Assembly: GCA_900552975.1 (NCBI GenBank)
Contig: UWSL01000002.1
Coordinates: 1 to 39,454 of the forward strand
DNA length: 39,454 nt
Direction of reading: 5' to 3'
Source: an uncultured Mycoplasmatota bacterium
GTDB taxonomy: Bacteria; Bacillota_I; Bacilli_A; RF39; UBA660
Shown: positions 18,108-27,671 of the stretch, piece after piece
How the letters are laid out: every line of letters starts with the position of its first letter
How positions within the stretch are numbered: position 1 is the first letter of the stretch
The notes under the pieces: model-generated
The model's input: only the letters and a program-made list of their open reading frames with translations
What the model was told of the DNA's origin: nothing
The model's database searches: none
Made by a program: the position numbers and the translations under genes

Positions 18108-19496
18108 TTGGAAAGTATATTAAATGAGTTAAAAAGAAATAGTATTTCGATGTTTAAAGATATTACAAACTTTGATATGACTTATACAATTAATAGTTTT
18201 AAGGCAAGTTTGACGGATAAACAGGACCTTTTTCAGTATTTTAATGCTTTAGTAAAAAGTTATCCAGAAGCAGCCTTTCTTTTAGTTTATGATTTAGAAG
18301 AATATAAAGAATTTTGTTTAACTTATTTGAATAAGGATTATTCTATATTACTTAATGATCGTATTTTTCATAATTTTTTAGGAAGTACTGAATGGTCGGT
18401 TAAGTATGTTAAAGAACATCTTGAAGAATTGATTTTAAAAAAACCAGATTTGGCTTTCTCAGTTTTAAGATATGGAATTTGTTTTCCAGATGAGGCATGG
18501 TTGAGAGAGGTATTGTATCATGAAAATTTGGAAATAAGAGGTTATTTTATGCTGGAATTAATAGATAATTTTCATAATAGTTTTTTTGAATATTATCCTA
18601 ATGTCCTTGATTATTTAACTAAAACCGATGAGAATGGTAAAGTAATAGATAAAATTAGTGAACCATTAGTTAGTAAATTAGCATATTTTATGATGAGTCA
18701 AATGATGGATGTTAAAACGTTTTATATATTGAAAGAATTTATCTTTGCTAATTATGATAAAAATATTTTAGCTTCTTTACTTAATGGCTATGGAACACCA
18801 ATGTCTATTTATGGTCCAGGAGATAATTATGATTTTTTGATTGAGGAGGATGCAACTAGATTTTTTGTTACTTCTAAAAATTATAAGTATCGTTTGTATA
18901 AGAATAAAGAATTTGTAATAGATGAAGAGATTAGAAATGATTTCGCTTGTAAAATTGAAAAATTTGCTAAAATAGATGATGAAGTGATAGATCATATTTT
19001 CTTGTGCGGGCTTGGTGATAAATTTTTAGAGTATGTATCTTCTTATATGGAAAAAAGTACAGGTAGTCATCTTGTTCAGGATTTAGGTAGAGGGAGTACA
19101 ACACGATCTTTTAGAATTGGTGATTATGTTGTTAAATGTTCTCTTAGGAAATGGGAGAAAACGGAATGTCCCGATATATATTTGTTTGCTAAATGTTATG
19201 AAAAAGATTATGTAAAGGATAATTTTGGTAGAATAACAGGAGGTTTAGAAGTACAAAAGTTTTATTCTCAAGTTGTAACTTTAGATGAAAAAGAAATTAT
19301 TAATTGTTTTTATAATTCGTTAAAAGAAGCAGGGTATGAAATTTGGGATAGATTAGTTGGAATGAATAATACTTATAATTTATTTCATTTAGATAGTTAT
19401 GAAGATGCAGATATTGATGATTATACAAAATTACCTGAATGGTTTAAAAAAGATCCTGTTGTTTGGGTAGATCGTGATTTAGTTCATAAATTATAA
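18108..19496 (+). CDS. Hypothetical protein (462 aa): helical N-terminal region plus a C-terminal segment with kinase-like motifs
   Basis: TTG start 9 nt after AAGGGG. The C-terminal ~150 aa contain LGRGSTTRSFRIGDYVVK (Gly-rich loop plus Lys), EIWDRLVGMNN, and VVWVDRDLV. The family is not established. Confidence 0.55.
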   Translation: MESILNELKRNSISMFKDITNFDMTYTINSFKASLTDKQDLFQYFNALVKSYPEAAFLLVYDLEEYKEFCLTYLNKDYSILLNDRIFHNFLGSTEWSVKYVKEHLEELILKKPDLAFSVLRYGICFPDEAWLREVLYHENLEIRGYFMLELIDNFHNSFFEYYPNVLDYLTKTDENGKVIDKISEPLVSKLAYFMMSQMMDVKTFYILKEFIFANYDKNILASLLNGYGTPMSIYGPGDNYDFLIEEDATRFFVTSKNYKYRLYKNKEFVIDEEIRNDFACKIEKFAKIDDEVIDHIFLCGLGDKFLEYVSSYMEKSTGSHLVQDLGRGSTTRSFRIGDYVVKCSLRKWEKTECPDIYLFAKCYEKDYVKDNFGRITGGLEVQKFYSQVVTLDEKEIINCFYNSLKEAGYEIWDRLVGMNNTYNLFHLDSYEDADIDDYTKLPEWFKKDPVVWVDRDLVHKL

Positions 19497-19573
19497 ATTT
19501 AATATAGAGATTATTTTAATTGTAAAATAGTTGTGTTATACTATGGAAATAGTAGTGGGAGAAGTGATGTTAG

Positions 19574-21184
19574 ATGGAAACAACGTATATATTTGGACAT
19601 AAAAATCCAGATACAGATTCTATATGTGCCAGTATTAGTTTATCTTATTTAAAAAATAAATTAGGTGGAGATACAGAACCAAGAGTATTAGGGACTCTTA
19701 ATAAAGAAAGTAAATTTGTATTAGATTATTTTAAAGTTAAAGAACCAGAGTTTTTAAATGATGTAAAAGTTCAAATTAGAAATATGCATTATAATAAAGA
19801 AGCAATGGTTGAAGAACATGAATCAATTTTTTCTACATATCATTTATTATTAAAATATAAAGCTACAGGTTTACCTTTGATTGATAAAACAAAAAAATTA
19901 ACAGGTTATGTAAATGTTAAAGAAATATCTAAGTATTTAATAGAAGGTGATATGAACTATATTAAAACTTCATATGATAATGTTATAAATACTTTAGAAG
20001 GTCAAGAAATTTTACGTTTTGATGATGAAATAGAAGGACATATTTTAGCAGCAACATATAAAAGTAAAACGTTTATTAGTAGGATAAGTTTAGTTAGAGA
20101 TGATATTTTAATAGTTGGTGATCGTTATAAAATAATGGAATTTGCAGTTAATTCAGCTATAAAATTATTGATTTTAGTAAACAATATAACTTTACCAGAT
20201 GAGCTTTTGGAAATTGCGCGTAAGAATAAAGTAAATGTTATATCTGTACCAATGGGGACTTATAAGTGTTCTAATATGGTTAAGTTATGTAATTATGTTA
20301 AATTAATTAATATAAATCCAACACCAGTAACTTTTAGTATTAATGATTATCGTGATTATTTTGTTGAAGTGAGTAATAAATTGGGTCATACTAATTATCC
20401 AATTGTTGATAAGAAAAATACTTGTTTAGGGATGATTCAATTAATTGATTCTTCTAATTATCAAAAAAGACCAGTAATTTTGGTTGATCATAATCAACAA
20501 ACACAAAGTGTTGAAGGAATTGATGAAGCTTTAATTATGGAAGTTATAGATCATCATAATTTGGGGACAATGGGAACTTCTATTCCGATTAATTTTAGAA
20601 GTATGCCAGTTGGTTGTACTTGTACAATAATTTATAAAATGTTCCAGGAAGCTGGGGTTAAAATACCTAAAAACATTGCAGGAATAATGTTGTCAGCTAT
20701 ATTATCAGACACGCTGCTGTTTAAGTCTCCAACAACGACAGATCTTGATATAGAAGTTGGTAAAAAACTAGCCAAAATAGCAATGGTTGACCCTTATGAA
20801 TATGGTTATGAAATGTTTAAAGCTGCATCTTCAGTATCTGGAATGACAGTTGAAGAAATAATTAATTCTGATATAAAATCATTTAAATTAGGTGATTCTA
20901 ATATGGCTATTGGTCAAGTTATGACAATGGATTTAGATGAAATAAATGCAAGAAAAGACGAAATAATTAATTCACTTAATCAAATGTGCACTATGGGTGG
21001 TTATAAAATAGCGTTATTGTTTGTTACAGATATAATAAAAAATGGCTCATATTTATTTTATAATGATACAGCAAAAGAAATTTTGGAAGATTCTTATGGT
21101 ATAGAAGTGTACCAGAGTGTTTATATGGATGGATTTGTATCACGTAAAAAACAAATGTTACCACCATTACTTGAAAACTTATAA
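19574..21184 (+). CDS. ppaC: CBS-domain-containing family II (Mn-dependent, DHH/DHHA2) inorganic pyrophosphatase
   Basis: FGHKNPDTDSICASISLSYLK (DHH motifs I/II), an inserted CBS pair plus a DRTGG-like segment (VGDRYKIMEFAVNSAIKLLILV), VDHNQ, VIDHHNLG, and DHHA2 (LSDTLLFKSPTTT, GQVMT). An extended -10 TGtTATACT sits at 19534-19542. Confidence 0.9.
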   Translation: METTYIFGHKNPDTDSICASISLSYLKNKLGGDTEPRVLGTLNKESKFVLDYFKVKEPEFLNDVKVQIRNMHYNKEAMVEEHESIFSTYHLLLKYKATGLPLIDKTKKLTGYVNVKEISKYLIEGDMNYIKTSYDNVINTLEGQEILRFDDEIEGHILAATYKSKTFISRISLVRDDILIVGDRYKIMEFAVNSAIKLLILVNNITLPDELLEIARKNKVNVISVPMGTYKCSNMVKLCNYVKLININPTPVTFSINDYRDYFVEVSNKLGHTNYPIVDKKNTCLGMIQLIDSSNYQKRPVILVDHNQQTQSVEGIDEALIMEVIDHHNLGTMGTSIPINFRSMPVGCTCTIIYKMFQEAGVKIPKNIAGIMLSAILSDTLLFKSPTTTDLDIEVGKKLAKIAMVDPYEYGYEMFKAASSVSGMTVEEIINSDIKSFKLGDSNMAIGQVMTMDLDEINARKDEIINSLNQMCTMGGYKIALLFVTDIIKNGSYLFYNDTAKEILEDSYGIEVYQSVYMDGFVSRKKQMLPPLLENL

Positions 21185-21260
21185 AAAAGAAAATTTTTCT
21201 TTTTTTTTGAAAAAATATAATATTTTTGATAATTTTGGTAAAATAGAAATGGGTGATAAT

Positions 21261-22028
21261 ATGAAAGCACTGATTACGGGAGCTAGTAGTGGTATAGGTC
21301 GAGATATGGCTTATTATCTTGGAAAATTAGGCTACGATTTAATTTTAGTTAGCCGAGATAAAGATAAGCTAATGAAAGTGGCTAATAAAATAAAAACCAA
21401 TACAGAAGTTTTGGCTTATGATTTAAGTAAAACAGAAAATTGTTATAAATTGTTTGAAAAAGTAAAAGACCAAAACATTGACCTAGTTGTAAATGGGGCT
21501 GGTTTTGGCTTGTTTGGAAATACATGGGAGACTGATTTAGATAGAGAATTAGAAATGATAGATTTGAATATTAAAGCAGTTCATGTTTTAACAAAGCTTT
21601 TTTTATCCCAAATGATGAAACGAGATTCAGGGCATATTTTAAATATTGCTAGTAGTGCAGGATTTCTAAGTGGACCAATATTAAATACTTATTATGCTTC
21701 AAAGAATTATGTAGCAAAGTGGACTTTGGCTTTGTATGAAGAATTAAGAAGAACCCAAAGTAATGTTAAAATAAGTTGCTTATGTCCAGGACCAGTAAAT
21801 ACTAATTTTAATAAGACTGCTGGTGGTTCTTTTAATTTAAAAGGATTATCTAGTGAATATGTAGCTAAGTATGGGATTGATAATTGTTTGAAAGGTAAAC
21901 TACTTATTGTACCAGGAGTGATGGTTCGATTAGGATTGTTTTTTAATCGCTTTGTTTCTAATAAGGTATCTTTAAAAATTGTTTATCATATTCAAAATAA
22001 AAAAGTAAGAGGTGGTAAAAATATTTAA
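21261..22028 (+). CDS. Short-chain dehydrogenase/reductase (SDR) family oxidoreductase
   Basis: MKALITGASSGIGRDMAYYL (TGxxxGIG), NGAG, and the catalytic S...YASKNYV (YxxxK). The track start at 21117 overlaps ppaC and is rejected. ATG 21249 is an alternative start. Confidence 0.88.
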   Translation: MKALITGASSGIGRDMAYYLGKLGYDLILVSRDKDKLMKVANKIKTNTEVLAYDLSKTENCYKLFEKVKDQNIDLVVNGAGFGLFGNTWETDLDRELEMIDLNIKAVHVLTKLFLSQMMKRDSGHILNIASSAGFLSGPILNTYYASKNYVAKWTLALYEELRRTQSNVKISCLCPGPVNTNFNKTAGGSFNLKGLSSEYVAKYGIDNCLKGKLLIVPGVMVRLGLFFNRFVSNKVSLKIVYHIQNKKVRGGKNI

Positions 22029-22698
22029 TAATTTGTTCAAAAATTTTCCAACCAAATATATTTATGCGGGATATACAATTAGAAAAGGATTGACTACCGT
22101 TACAACATCTGTTGATGGGAAAATTATTTATGATGTAATTTTATATACTTATATAGATGATTATTTATCTTTTTATTGTTTGATGGAAGATGGTAAATAT
22201 AAAAACATGAAGGAAAATATTAAAGTTGATTTGTTGAATGCTGATCAATTAATAAGTAAACATTTGGAGCGAGGAGATAATGTTAAATTAGATAAGTATA
22301 ATGATTATTTACAATATGATAAACAAAAAGCATGTGGGGTATTTGGCTTACATACTATAGCTGAATTATTAAAAATGGAAGAGGATCAAGCACGAGCTGA
22401 AAATAAAGATATTCCAATGGCAGTTTTAAGTGGTGAAAAAGCAGCTTATACGGGATTAGAAGTTAATGGTATTATAAAAACATTTAATCAGATGCATAAT
22501 AGTCAAAAAAGAACACTAACTATTCCAGCATTGAAAAATTCTAGTACAGATACGATGGATTCGCCAATTGGAGAAGAACTTGATTTTTTTGATTTTGTTT
22601 CAAATAAGACAAGCGATGAAATTGTTAGTGCAATTAAAAAAATCGATGACAATGTTGATGCTTTAGGTAATAAGAAGTATGAGACATTAGGTCTATAA
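22012..22698 (+). CDS. Hypothetical protein; start uncertain
   Basis: The ORF is open from GTG 22012, overlapping the SDR end by 17 nt with no good RBS. The true start may be downstream (TTG 22033 or later). No family recognised. Confidence 0.45.
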   Translation: MVKIFNNLFKNFPTKYIYAGYTIRKGLTTVTTSVDGKIIYDVILYTYIDDYLSFYCLMEDGKYKNMKENIKVDLLNADQLISKHLERGDNVKLDKYNDYLQYDKQKACGVFGLHTIAELLKMEEDQARAENKDIPMAVLSGEKAAYTGLEVNGIIKTFNQMHNSQKRTLTIPALKNSSTDTMDSPIGEELDFFDFVSNKTSDEIVSAIKKIDDNVDALGNKKYETLGL

Positions 22699-22727
22699 AA
22701 TATTCTCAAAATGGAGAATATTTTTTT
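22698..22727 (+). terminator. Rho-independent terminator
   Basis: AATATTCTC-aaaatg-GAGAATATT 9-bp stem followed by T7. Confidence 0.7.
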
Positions 22728-22754
22728 GTAAAACAAATGTTTGTGTGTTATAAT
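22726..22754 (+). promoter_or_regulatory. Promoter of the radical-SAM/uvrA transcription unit
   Basis: TTGTAA (22726-22731), 17-nt spacer, TGtTATAAT (-10 at 22749-22754). The spacer contains the palindrome AAAC-AAAT-GTTT (22731-22742). Confidence 0.6.
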
Positions 22755-22771
22755 TTCGTTTAGGTGTTATT

Positions 22772-23581
22772 ATGTTTAAAAAAGTTTATGTAGAAATTAC
22801 TAATGTATGTAATCTTAATTGTCGTTTTTGTCATGGAACTAAAAGACAAAAAGAATTTATTTCTTTAAATAATTTTGAGGTGTTATTAGAAAAACTAAAA
22901 GGTTATACAAAATATTTGTATTTTCATGTGATGGGTGAGCCTTTATTGCACCCTTTTATTAATGAATTGATTGATAAGGCAAGTAAGGAAGGTTTTTTAA
23001 TAAATTTAACGACTAATGGGTATTATATAAAGAAAATAATGGATAATAAGAATGTAAGACAAATAAATATATCTTTACATGGTTTTTCTTTAGAAAATGA
23101 AAAAAGTTTAAATGAATATTTTAATGATTTGTTTGAGGTGTCAGATATAATGGCCCAAAGAGGAACGTATATTTCTTATAGACTGTGGGCTAAAAGCCCT
23201 TTTCGAACAGAAATAATAGGAAAGTTAGAAAAAAAATACCATGTTTTGATTAAAGAGGATAGTAATATTAAATTAAGTGATAATGTTTTCTTAGAGTTTG
23301 ATAATGAATTTATTTGGCCTGATTTAAATAATGATTATTTTTCGGAAGATGGATCATGTTTAGGATGTCGAAGTCATATTGGAATTTTAGTTGATGGTAC
23401 GGTTATTCCGTGCTGTTTAGATAGCGAAGGTTTGATCAATTTAGGAAATATTTACAAACAAAATTTAGATGATATAATAAATTCGAAAAAATTTATTGAT
23501 TTAAAAAATGGTTTTTTAAACAACAAAAAGAATAATAAATTATGTCAAAAATGTAATTTTTACAATAATAGAAAAAATTAG
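22772..23581 (+). CDS. Radical SAM protein with a Cys-rich SPASM/twitch-like C-terminus
   Basis: VEITNVCNLNCRFCHG (CxxxCxxC), HVMGEPLLHP, and C-terminal CLGCRSH...IPCCLD...CQKCNF. It ends 10 nt before uvrA. Confidence 0.85.
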   Translation: MFKKVYVEITNVCNLNCRFCHGTKRQKEFISLNNFEVLLEKLKGYTKYLYFHVMGEPLLHPFINELIDKASKEGFLINLTTNGYYIKKIMDNKNVRQINISLHGFSLENEKSLNEYFNDLFEVSDIMAQRGTYISYRLWAKSPFRTEIIGKLEKKYHVLIKEDSNIKLSDNVFLEFDNEFIWPDLNNDYFSEDGSCLGCRSHIGILVDGTVIPCCLDSEGLINLGNIYKQNLDDIINSKKFIDLKNGFLNNKKNNKLCQKCNFYNNRKN

Positions 23582-23591
23582 AGGTGTTTTT

Positions 23592-26396
23592 ATGGATAAA
23601 ATAGTAATTAAGGGTGCAAGAGAAAATAATCTACAAAATGTTGATTTAGAGATTCCTAAAAATTCTTTGGTTGTTATGACAGGAGTTTCTGGTTCGGGGA
23701 AAAGTAGTTTAGCTTTTGATACTATATATGCTGAAGGTCAAAGGAGATATGTGGAAAGTTTGTCAGCTTATGCCCGTCAATTTTTGGGTGGTTCTAGTAA
23801 ACCAGATGTTGATAGTATTGAAGGATTAAGTCCTAGTATAAGTATAGATCAAAAAAGTACCAATAATAATCCACGTAGTACTGTCGGAACAGTAACAGAA
23901 ATTTATGATTATTTAAGATTGTTATTTGCTAGAATTGGTATTCCTTATTGTCCTAATCATCATGAACCGATTAAAAGTCAAAGTATTGAAGAAATGACAA
24001 ATAAAGTCATGGGATTTCCAGAAGGAACAAAAGTAGAAATAATGGCTCCTGTTGTTCGTGATGAAAAAGGCTCTCATATGCAAATTTTAGATGATTTAAG
24101 ACAAAAAGGTTATACAAGAGTTCGTGTTAATGGTGAAGTTGTTGATTTGGCTTCAGAAATTAAATTAGAAAAAAATAAAAAAGATACTATAGAAGTAGTA
24201 GTTGATAGAGTTGTTGTTCGTAGTGATGAACGTAGTCGAATTTTTGAATCGATTGAAAATAGTTGTGGTTTAGCAAACGGAATGGTTTTATTAAAAATAA
24301 TTGGTGGCGAAGAATTATTAATGAGTGAAAATTATGCTTGTGTACATTGTAATTTTTCGATGCCTCAATTGGAAACAAGAATGTTTTCTTTCAATTCTCC
24401 ATGGGGAGCTTGTCCTGAATGTAATGGCTTAGGAATGAAAATGAAAATATCAGAAGAGTTGTTAATTCCTGATAAAAATAAGTCGATAAGAGAAGGCGGA
24501 ATTCTTACTTTATCAGAAGACCAGAATACTTTATTTACAGAAGTATCAACAGTTGCTGATTATTATGATATTGATTTAGATGCTCCTATTTCAAAACTTC
24601 CTCGTATTAAATTAGATAAGATTTTGTATGGAACAACTGAAGTGATGGATTTTAAGTATGTTTCTAAAAATGGTAATATTCGAACTAAGAGTGATTTTTT
24701 CGAAGGAATTATAAATAATTTAGAACGTCGTCATGTTGAAACTAGTGCTGGTTGGGTTAGAGAATGGATAGAAGGATTTATGATTGAAAAAGAATGTCCT
24801 TTATGTCATGGAACTAGGTTAAAGAAAGATATTTTAAATGTTTTTATCAACAAGAAAAATATCTATGATATGACCGCTTTAAGTATTGAAGATTTGTTTG
24901 AATTTATGAAAAAATTAAAGCTAACCAAAGAACAACAGACGATTAGTGAATTATTGGTTAAAGAAATTTGTAATCGTTTAGAATTTTTAAATAACGTTGG
25001 CTTGGGGTATTTGACTCTTAATCGTGCAGCGGGAACTTTATCTGGTGGTGAAGCACAGCGAATTAGATTGGCTACGCAAATTGGTAGTAAATTAAGCGGT
25101 GTTTTATATGTTTTAGATGAACCTAGTATTGGTTTACATCAACGTGATAATGAGAAATTAATTGCATCTATGAAAGAGATGCGTGATTTAGGAAATACAT
25201 TAATCGTTGTTGAACACGATACAGATACAATGTTGGCTGCTGATTATTTGGTTGATGTTGGTCCAGGAGCTGGGGTTAATGGAGGAAGAATAATGGCTTG
25301 TGGAACTCCAGAAGAAGTTATGAGAAATCCAAATTCATTAACTGGGAAATATTTAACTGGTGAATACAAGATAGAAGTTCCTTCAAAAAGAAGAAAGGGC
25401 AATGGATTATTTTTGGAAGTTAAGGGAGCTAAAGAACATAATTTAAAAAATATTAATGTTAAGTTTCCTTTAGGTAAGTTTATTTGTGTAACTGGTGTTT
25501 CAGGTTCTGGCAAGTCGACTTTGGTTAATGATATATTATATAATGCTTTGACCAAAAAAGTTTATAAGTCAAAGACTGTAGTTGGAAAATGTAAAGAAAT
25601 TAAAGGTTTAGAGAATATTGATAAAGTAGTTCATATTACTCAAGATCCAATAGGTAGAACACCTCGTAGTAATCCAGCAACTTATGTAGGTGTTTTTGAT
25701 GATATTAGAGATGTTTTTGCTAACATGAAAGAAGCAAAAATGCGTGGTTATGGTAAAAATAGATTTTCTTTTAATGTTAAGGGTGGCCGTTGTGAAGCTT
25801 GTTGGGGCGATGGTGTAAAAAAAATAGAAATGAATTTTTTACCAGATGTTTATGTTCCTTGTGAAGTTTGTAAAGGGACAAGATATAATAAAGAAACTTT
25901 AGATGTAAAATTTAAAGATAAAAATATTTCAGAGGTTTTACATATGCGCGTTTCAGAAGCTTTAGATTTTTTTGATAATATTCCTAAAGTAAGAAATAAA
26001 ATACAAGTAATGATGGATGTTGGTTTATCATATATCGAACTTGGACAACCAGCTCCGACTTTATCTGGTGGTGAAGCTGGACGTGTTAAGTTGGCGAAAG
26101 AACTTCAAAAAAAAGCAACCGGTAAAAGTGTTTTCATTTTAGACGAACCAACGACGGGATTACATAGTGATGATATAAAGAAATTATTAGCTATTTTACA
26201 ACGTATTGTTGATAATGGTGATACTGTTATTGTAATAGAACATAATTTAGATGTTATAAAAGTTGCTGATTACTTAATTGATTTGGGTCCTGAAGGAGGA
26301 GATCAAGGTGGATCAATAGTTGCGACTGGTACACCAGAACAAGTTGCTAAAGTAAAAGAAAGTTATACCGGTCAATGGTTAAAAAAATATTTATAG
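23592..26396 (+). CDS. uvrA: Excinuclease ABC subunit A
   Basis: GARENNLQNVDLEIPKNSLVVMTGVSGSGKSSLAFDTIYAEGQRRYVESLSAYARQFLG, two ABC modules (a second GVSGSGKST, two LSGGE signatures), and zinc-finger Cys pairs. Confidence 0.98.
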   Translation: MDKIVIKGARENNLQNVDLEIPKNSLVVMTGVSGSGKSSLAFDTIYAEGQRRYVESLSAYARQFLGGSSKPDVDSIEGLSPSISIDQKSTNNNPRSTVGTVTEIYDYLRLLFARIGIPYCPNHHEPIKSQSIEEMTNKVMGFPEGTKVEIMAPVVRDEKGSHMQILDDLRQKGYTRVRVNGEVVDLASEIKLEKNKKDTIEVVVDRVVVRSDERSRIFESIENSCGLANGMVLLKIIGGEELLMSENYACVHCNFSMPQLETRMFSFNSPWGACPECNGLGMKMKISEELLIPDKNKSIREGGILTLSEDQNTLFTEVSTVADYYDIDLDAPISKLPRIKLDKILYGTTEVMDFKYVSKNGNIRTKSDFFEGIINNLERRHVETSAGWVREWIEGFMIEKECPLCHGTRLKKDILNVFINKKNIYDMTALSIEDLFEFMKKLKLTKEQQTISELLVKEICNRLEFLNNVGLGYLTLNRAAGTLSGGEAQRIRLATQIGSKLSGVLYVLDEPSIGLHQRDNEKLIASMKEMRDLGNTLIVVEHDTDTMLAADYLVDVGPGAGVNGGRIMACGTPEEVMRNPNSLTGKYLTGEYKIEVPSKRRKGNGLFLEVKGAKEHNLKNINVKFPLGKFICVTGVSGSGKSTLVNDILYNALTKKVYKSKTVVGKCKEIKGLENIDKVVHITQDPIGRTPRSNPATYVGVFDDIRDVFANMKEAKMRGYGKNRFSFNVKGGRCEACWGDGVKKIEMNFLPDVYVPCEVCKGTRYNKETLDVKFKDKNISEVLHMRVSEALDFFDNIPKVRNKIQVMMDVGLSYIELGQPAPTLSGGEAGRVKLAKELQKKATGKSVFILDEPTTGLHSDDIKKLLAILQRIVDNGDTVIVIEHNLDVIKVADYLIDLGPEGGDQGGSIVATGTPEQVAKVKESYTGQWLKKYL

Positions 26397-26407
26397 GATG
26401 GTAAAGT

Positions 26408-26779
26408 ATGGCGATAGAATTAGAAGTTACGAAAAAAGTTCGAAATAAACCGATAATAAAAAGGTTAGAATTAGAATATGGAGATATGAATTATATAATT
26501 GTTAATTTATTAGAAAATGTCATTGATGTTGATGGAAATTTATGGGAATATCAAATAGATGATGATATAAAACAAAAAATATTTGATTTAGTATGGGATT
26601 ATGCTGAATTAGATGAATTTGACTATTGGCCAGATAAAAGTAAGGATCATAAACCAATGTCACCTAAATGGAGATTAGCATTTTATGATGAGTTTGATAC
26701 GTATTATCATAAGAGTGGAGCAACTCACTATCCAGACAAATTTATGGATCTTGTAAAATTATTAAAAGATTTAAAATAA
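26408..26779 (+). CDS. Hypothetical acidic protein (123 aa)
   Basis: ORF with GGATGG upstream, tightly spaced after uvrA. No family recognised. Confidence 0.55.
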   Translation: MAIELEVTKKVRNKPIIKRLELEYGDMNYIIVNLLENVIDVDGNLWEYQIDDDIKQKIFDLVWDYAELDEFDYWPDKSKDHKPMSPKWRLAFYDEFDTYYHKSGATHYPDKFMDLVKLLKDLK

Positions 26780-26807
26780 AAAAGCTTTATTTAAATAGAG
26801 CTTTTTT
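26780..26807 (+). terminator. Rho-independent terminator
   Basis: AAAAGCT(tta)-tttaaa-(tag)AGCTTTT stem followed by a T-run. Confidence 0.55.
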
Positions 26808-26864
26808 GACTATTGTTGGATAAAAAAAGATTTATGTTATAATATTTTACTAAGGAGGAATCAT

Positions 26865-27671
26865 ATGAATCCAGTAGCTTTTTCGATAGGTCCACTTGAA
26901 ATTAGGTGGTATTCAATATGTATTTTAACAGGAATAATAGTAGCTTATTTGTTAGCAAAGCATGAAAGTAAAAAATTTAATTATGAAAAAGATTTTATTT
27001 TTGATTTAGCTTTTTATGTGGTGATTTTTGGTATTTTAGGAGCACGTTTATATTATGTTTTATTTAATTTTAAATATTATGCAAATGATTTTCTTGAAAT
27101 ATTTAAAATTTGGAATGGTGGTTTAGCTATTCATGGTGGCGTTATTGCTGGTCTAATAACTTTAATTGTTTATTGTAAATTGAAAAAAGTTGATATATTT
27201 AGAACAACTGATTTGATTAGTATCTCTTTATTGTTAGCACAAGCAATTGGTAGATGGGGAAACTTTTTTAATAGTGAAGCTCATGGTCCAATAACAACAT
27301 TAAGTAATTTACAAAATATGAAATTTATTCCTTCTTTTGTTATTCAGGGAATGAAAATAGATAATGTTTATTATCATCCGACGTTCTTCTATGAGTCGTT
27401 GTGGTGTTTTATTGGAGTAATTTTTTTATTAATTATTCGTCGTTATTTAAAAAATTTAAAAAAAGGTCAATTAACATGTTTATATTTTATTTGGTATGGT
27501 ATAGGTCGCTTGTTTATTGAATCATTGAGAACTGATTCACTGATGATTGGGAATTTGAAAATGGCTCAAGTGTTTTCGATTATGTCTATTGTATTCGGTT
27601 TAATATTTTTAATTTATTTATTTGTTAAAAGAGATAGTGAACTTTATTATGGAAAGGAAAATAGTAAATGA
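26865..27671 (+). CDS. lgt: Prolipoprotein diacylglyceryl transferase
   Basis: GGAGG RBS. IRWYSICILTG, GARLYYV, WNGGLAIHGGVIAG, GRWGNFFNSEAHG, and FFYESLW motifs. Confidence 0.93.
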   Translation: MNPVAFSIGPLEIRWYSICILTGIIVAYLLAKHESKKFNYEKDFIFDLAFYVVIFGILGARLYYVLFNFKYYANDFLEIFKIWNGGLAIHGGVIAGLITLIVYCKLKKVDIFRTTDLISISLLLAQAIGRWGNFFNSEAHGPITTLSNLQNMKFIPSFVIQGMKIDNVYYHPTFFYESLWCFIGVIFLLIIRRYLKNLKKGQLTCLYFIWYGIGRLFIESLRTDSLMIGNLKMAQVFSIMSIVFGLIFLIYLFVKRDSELYYGKENSK

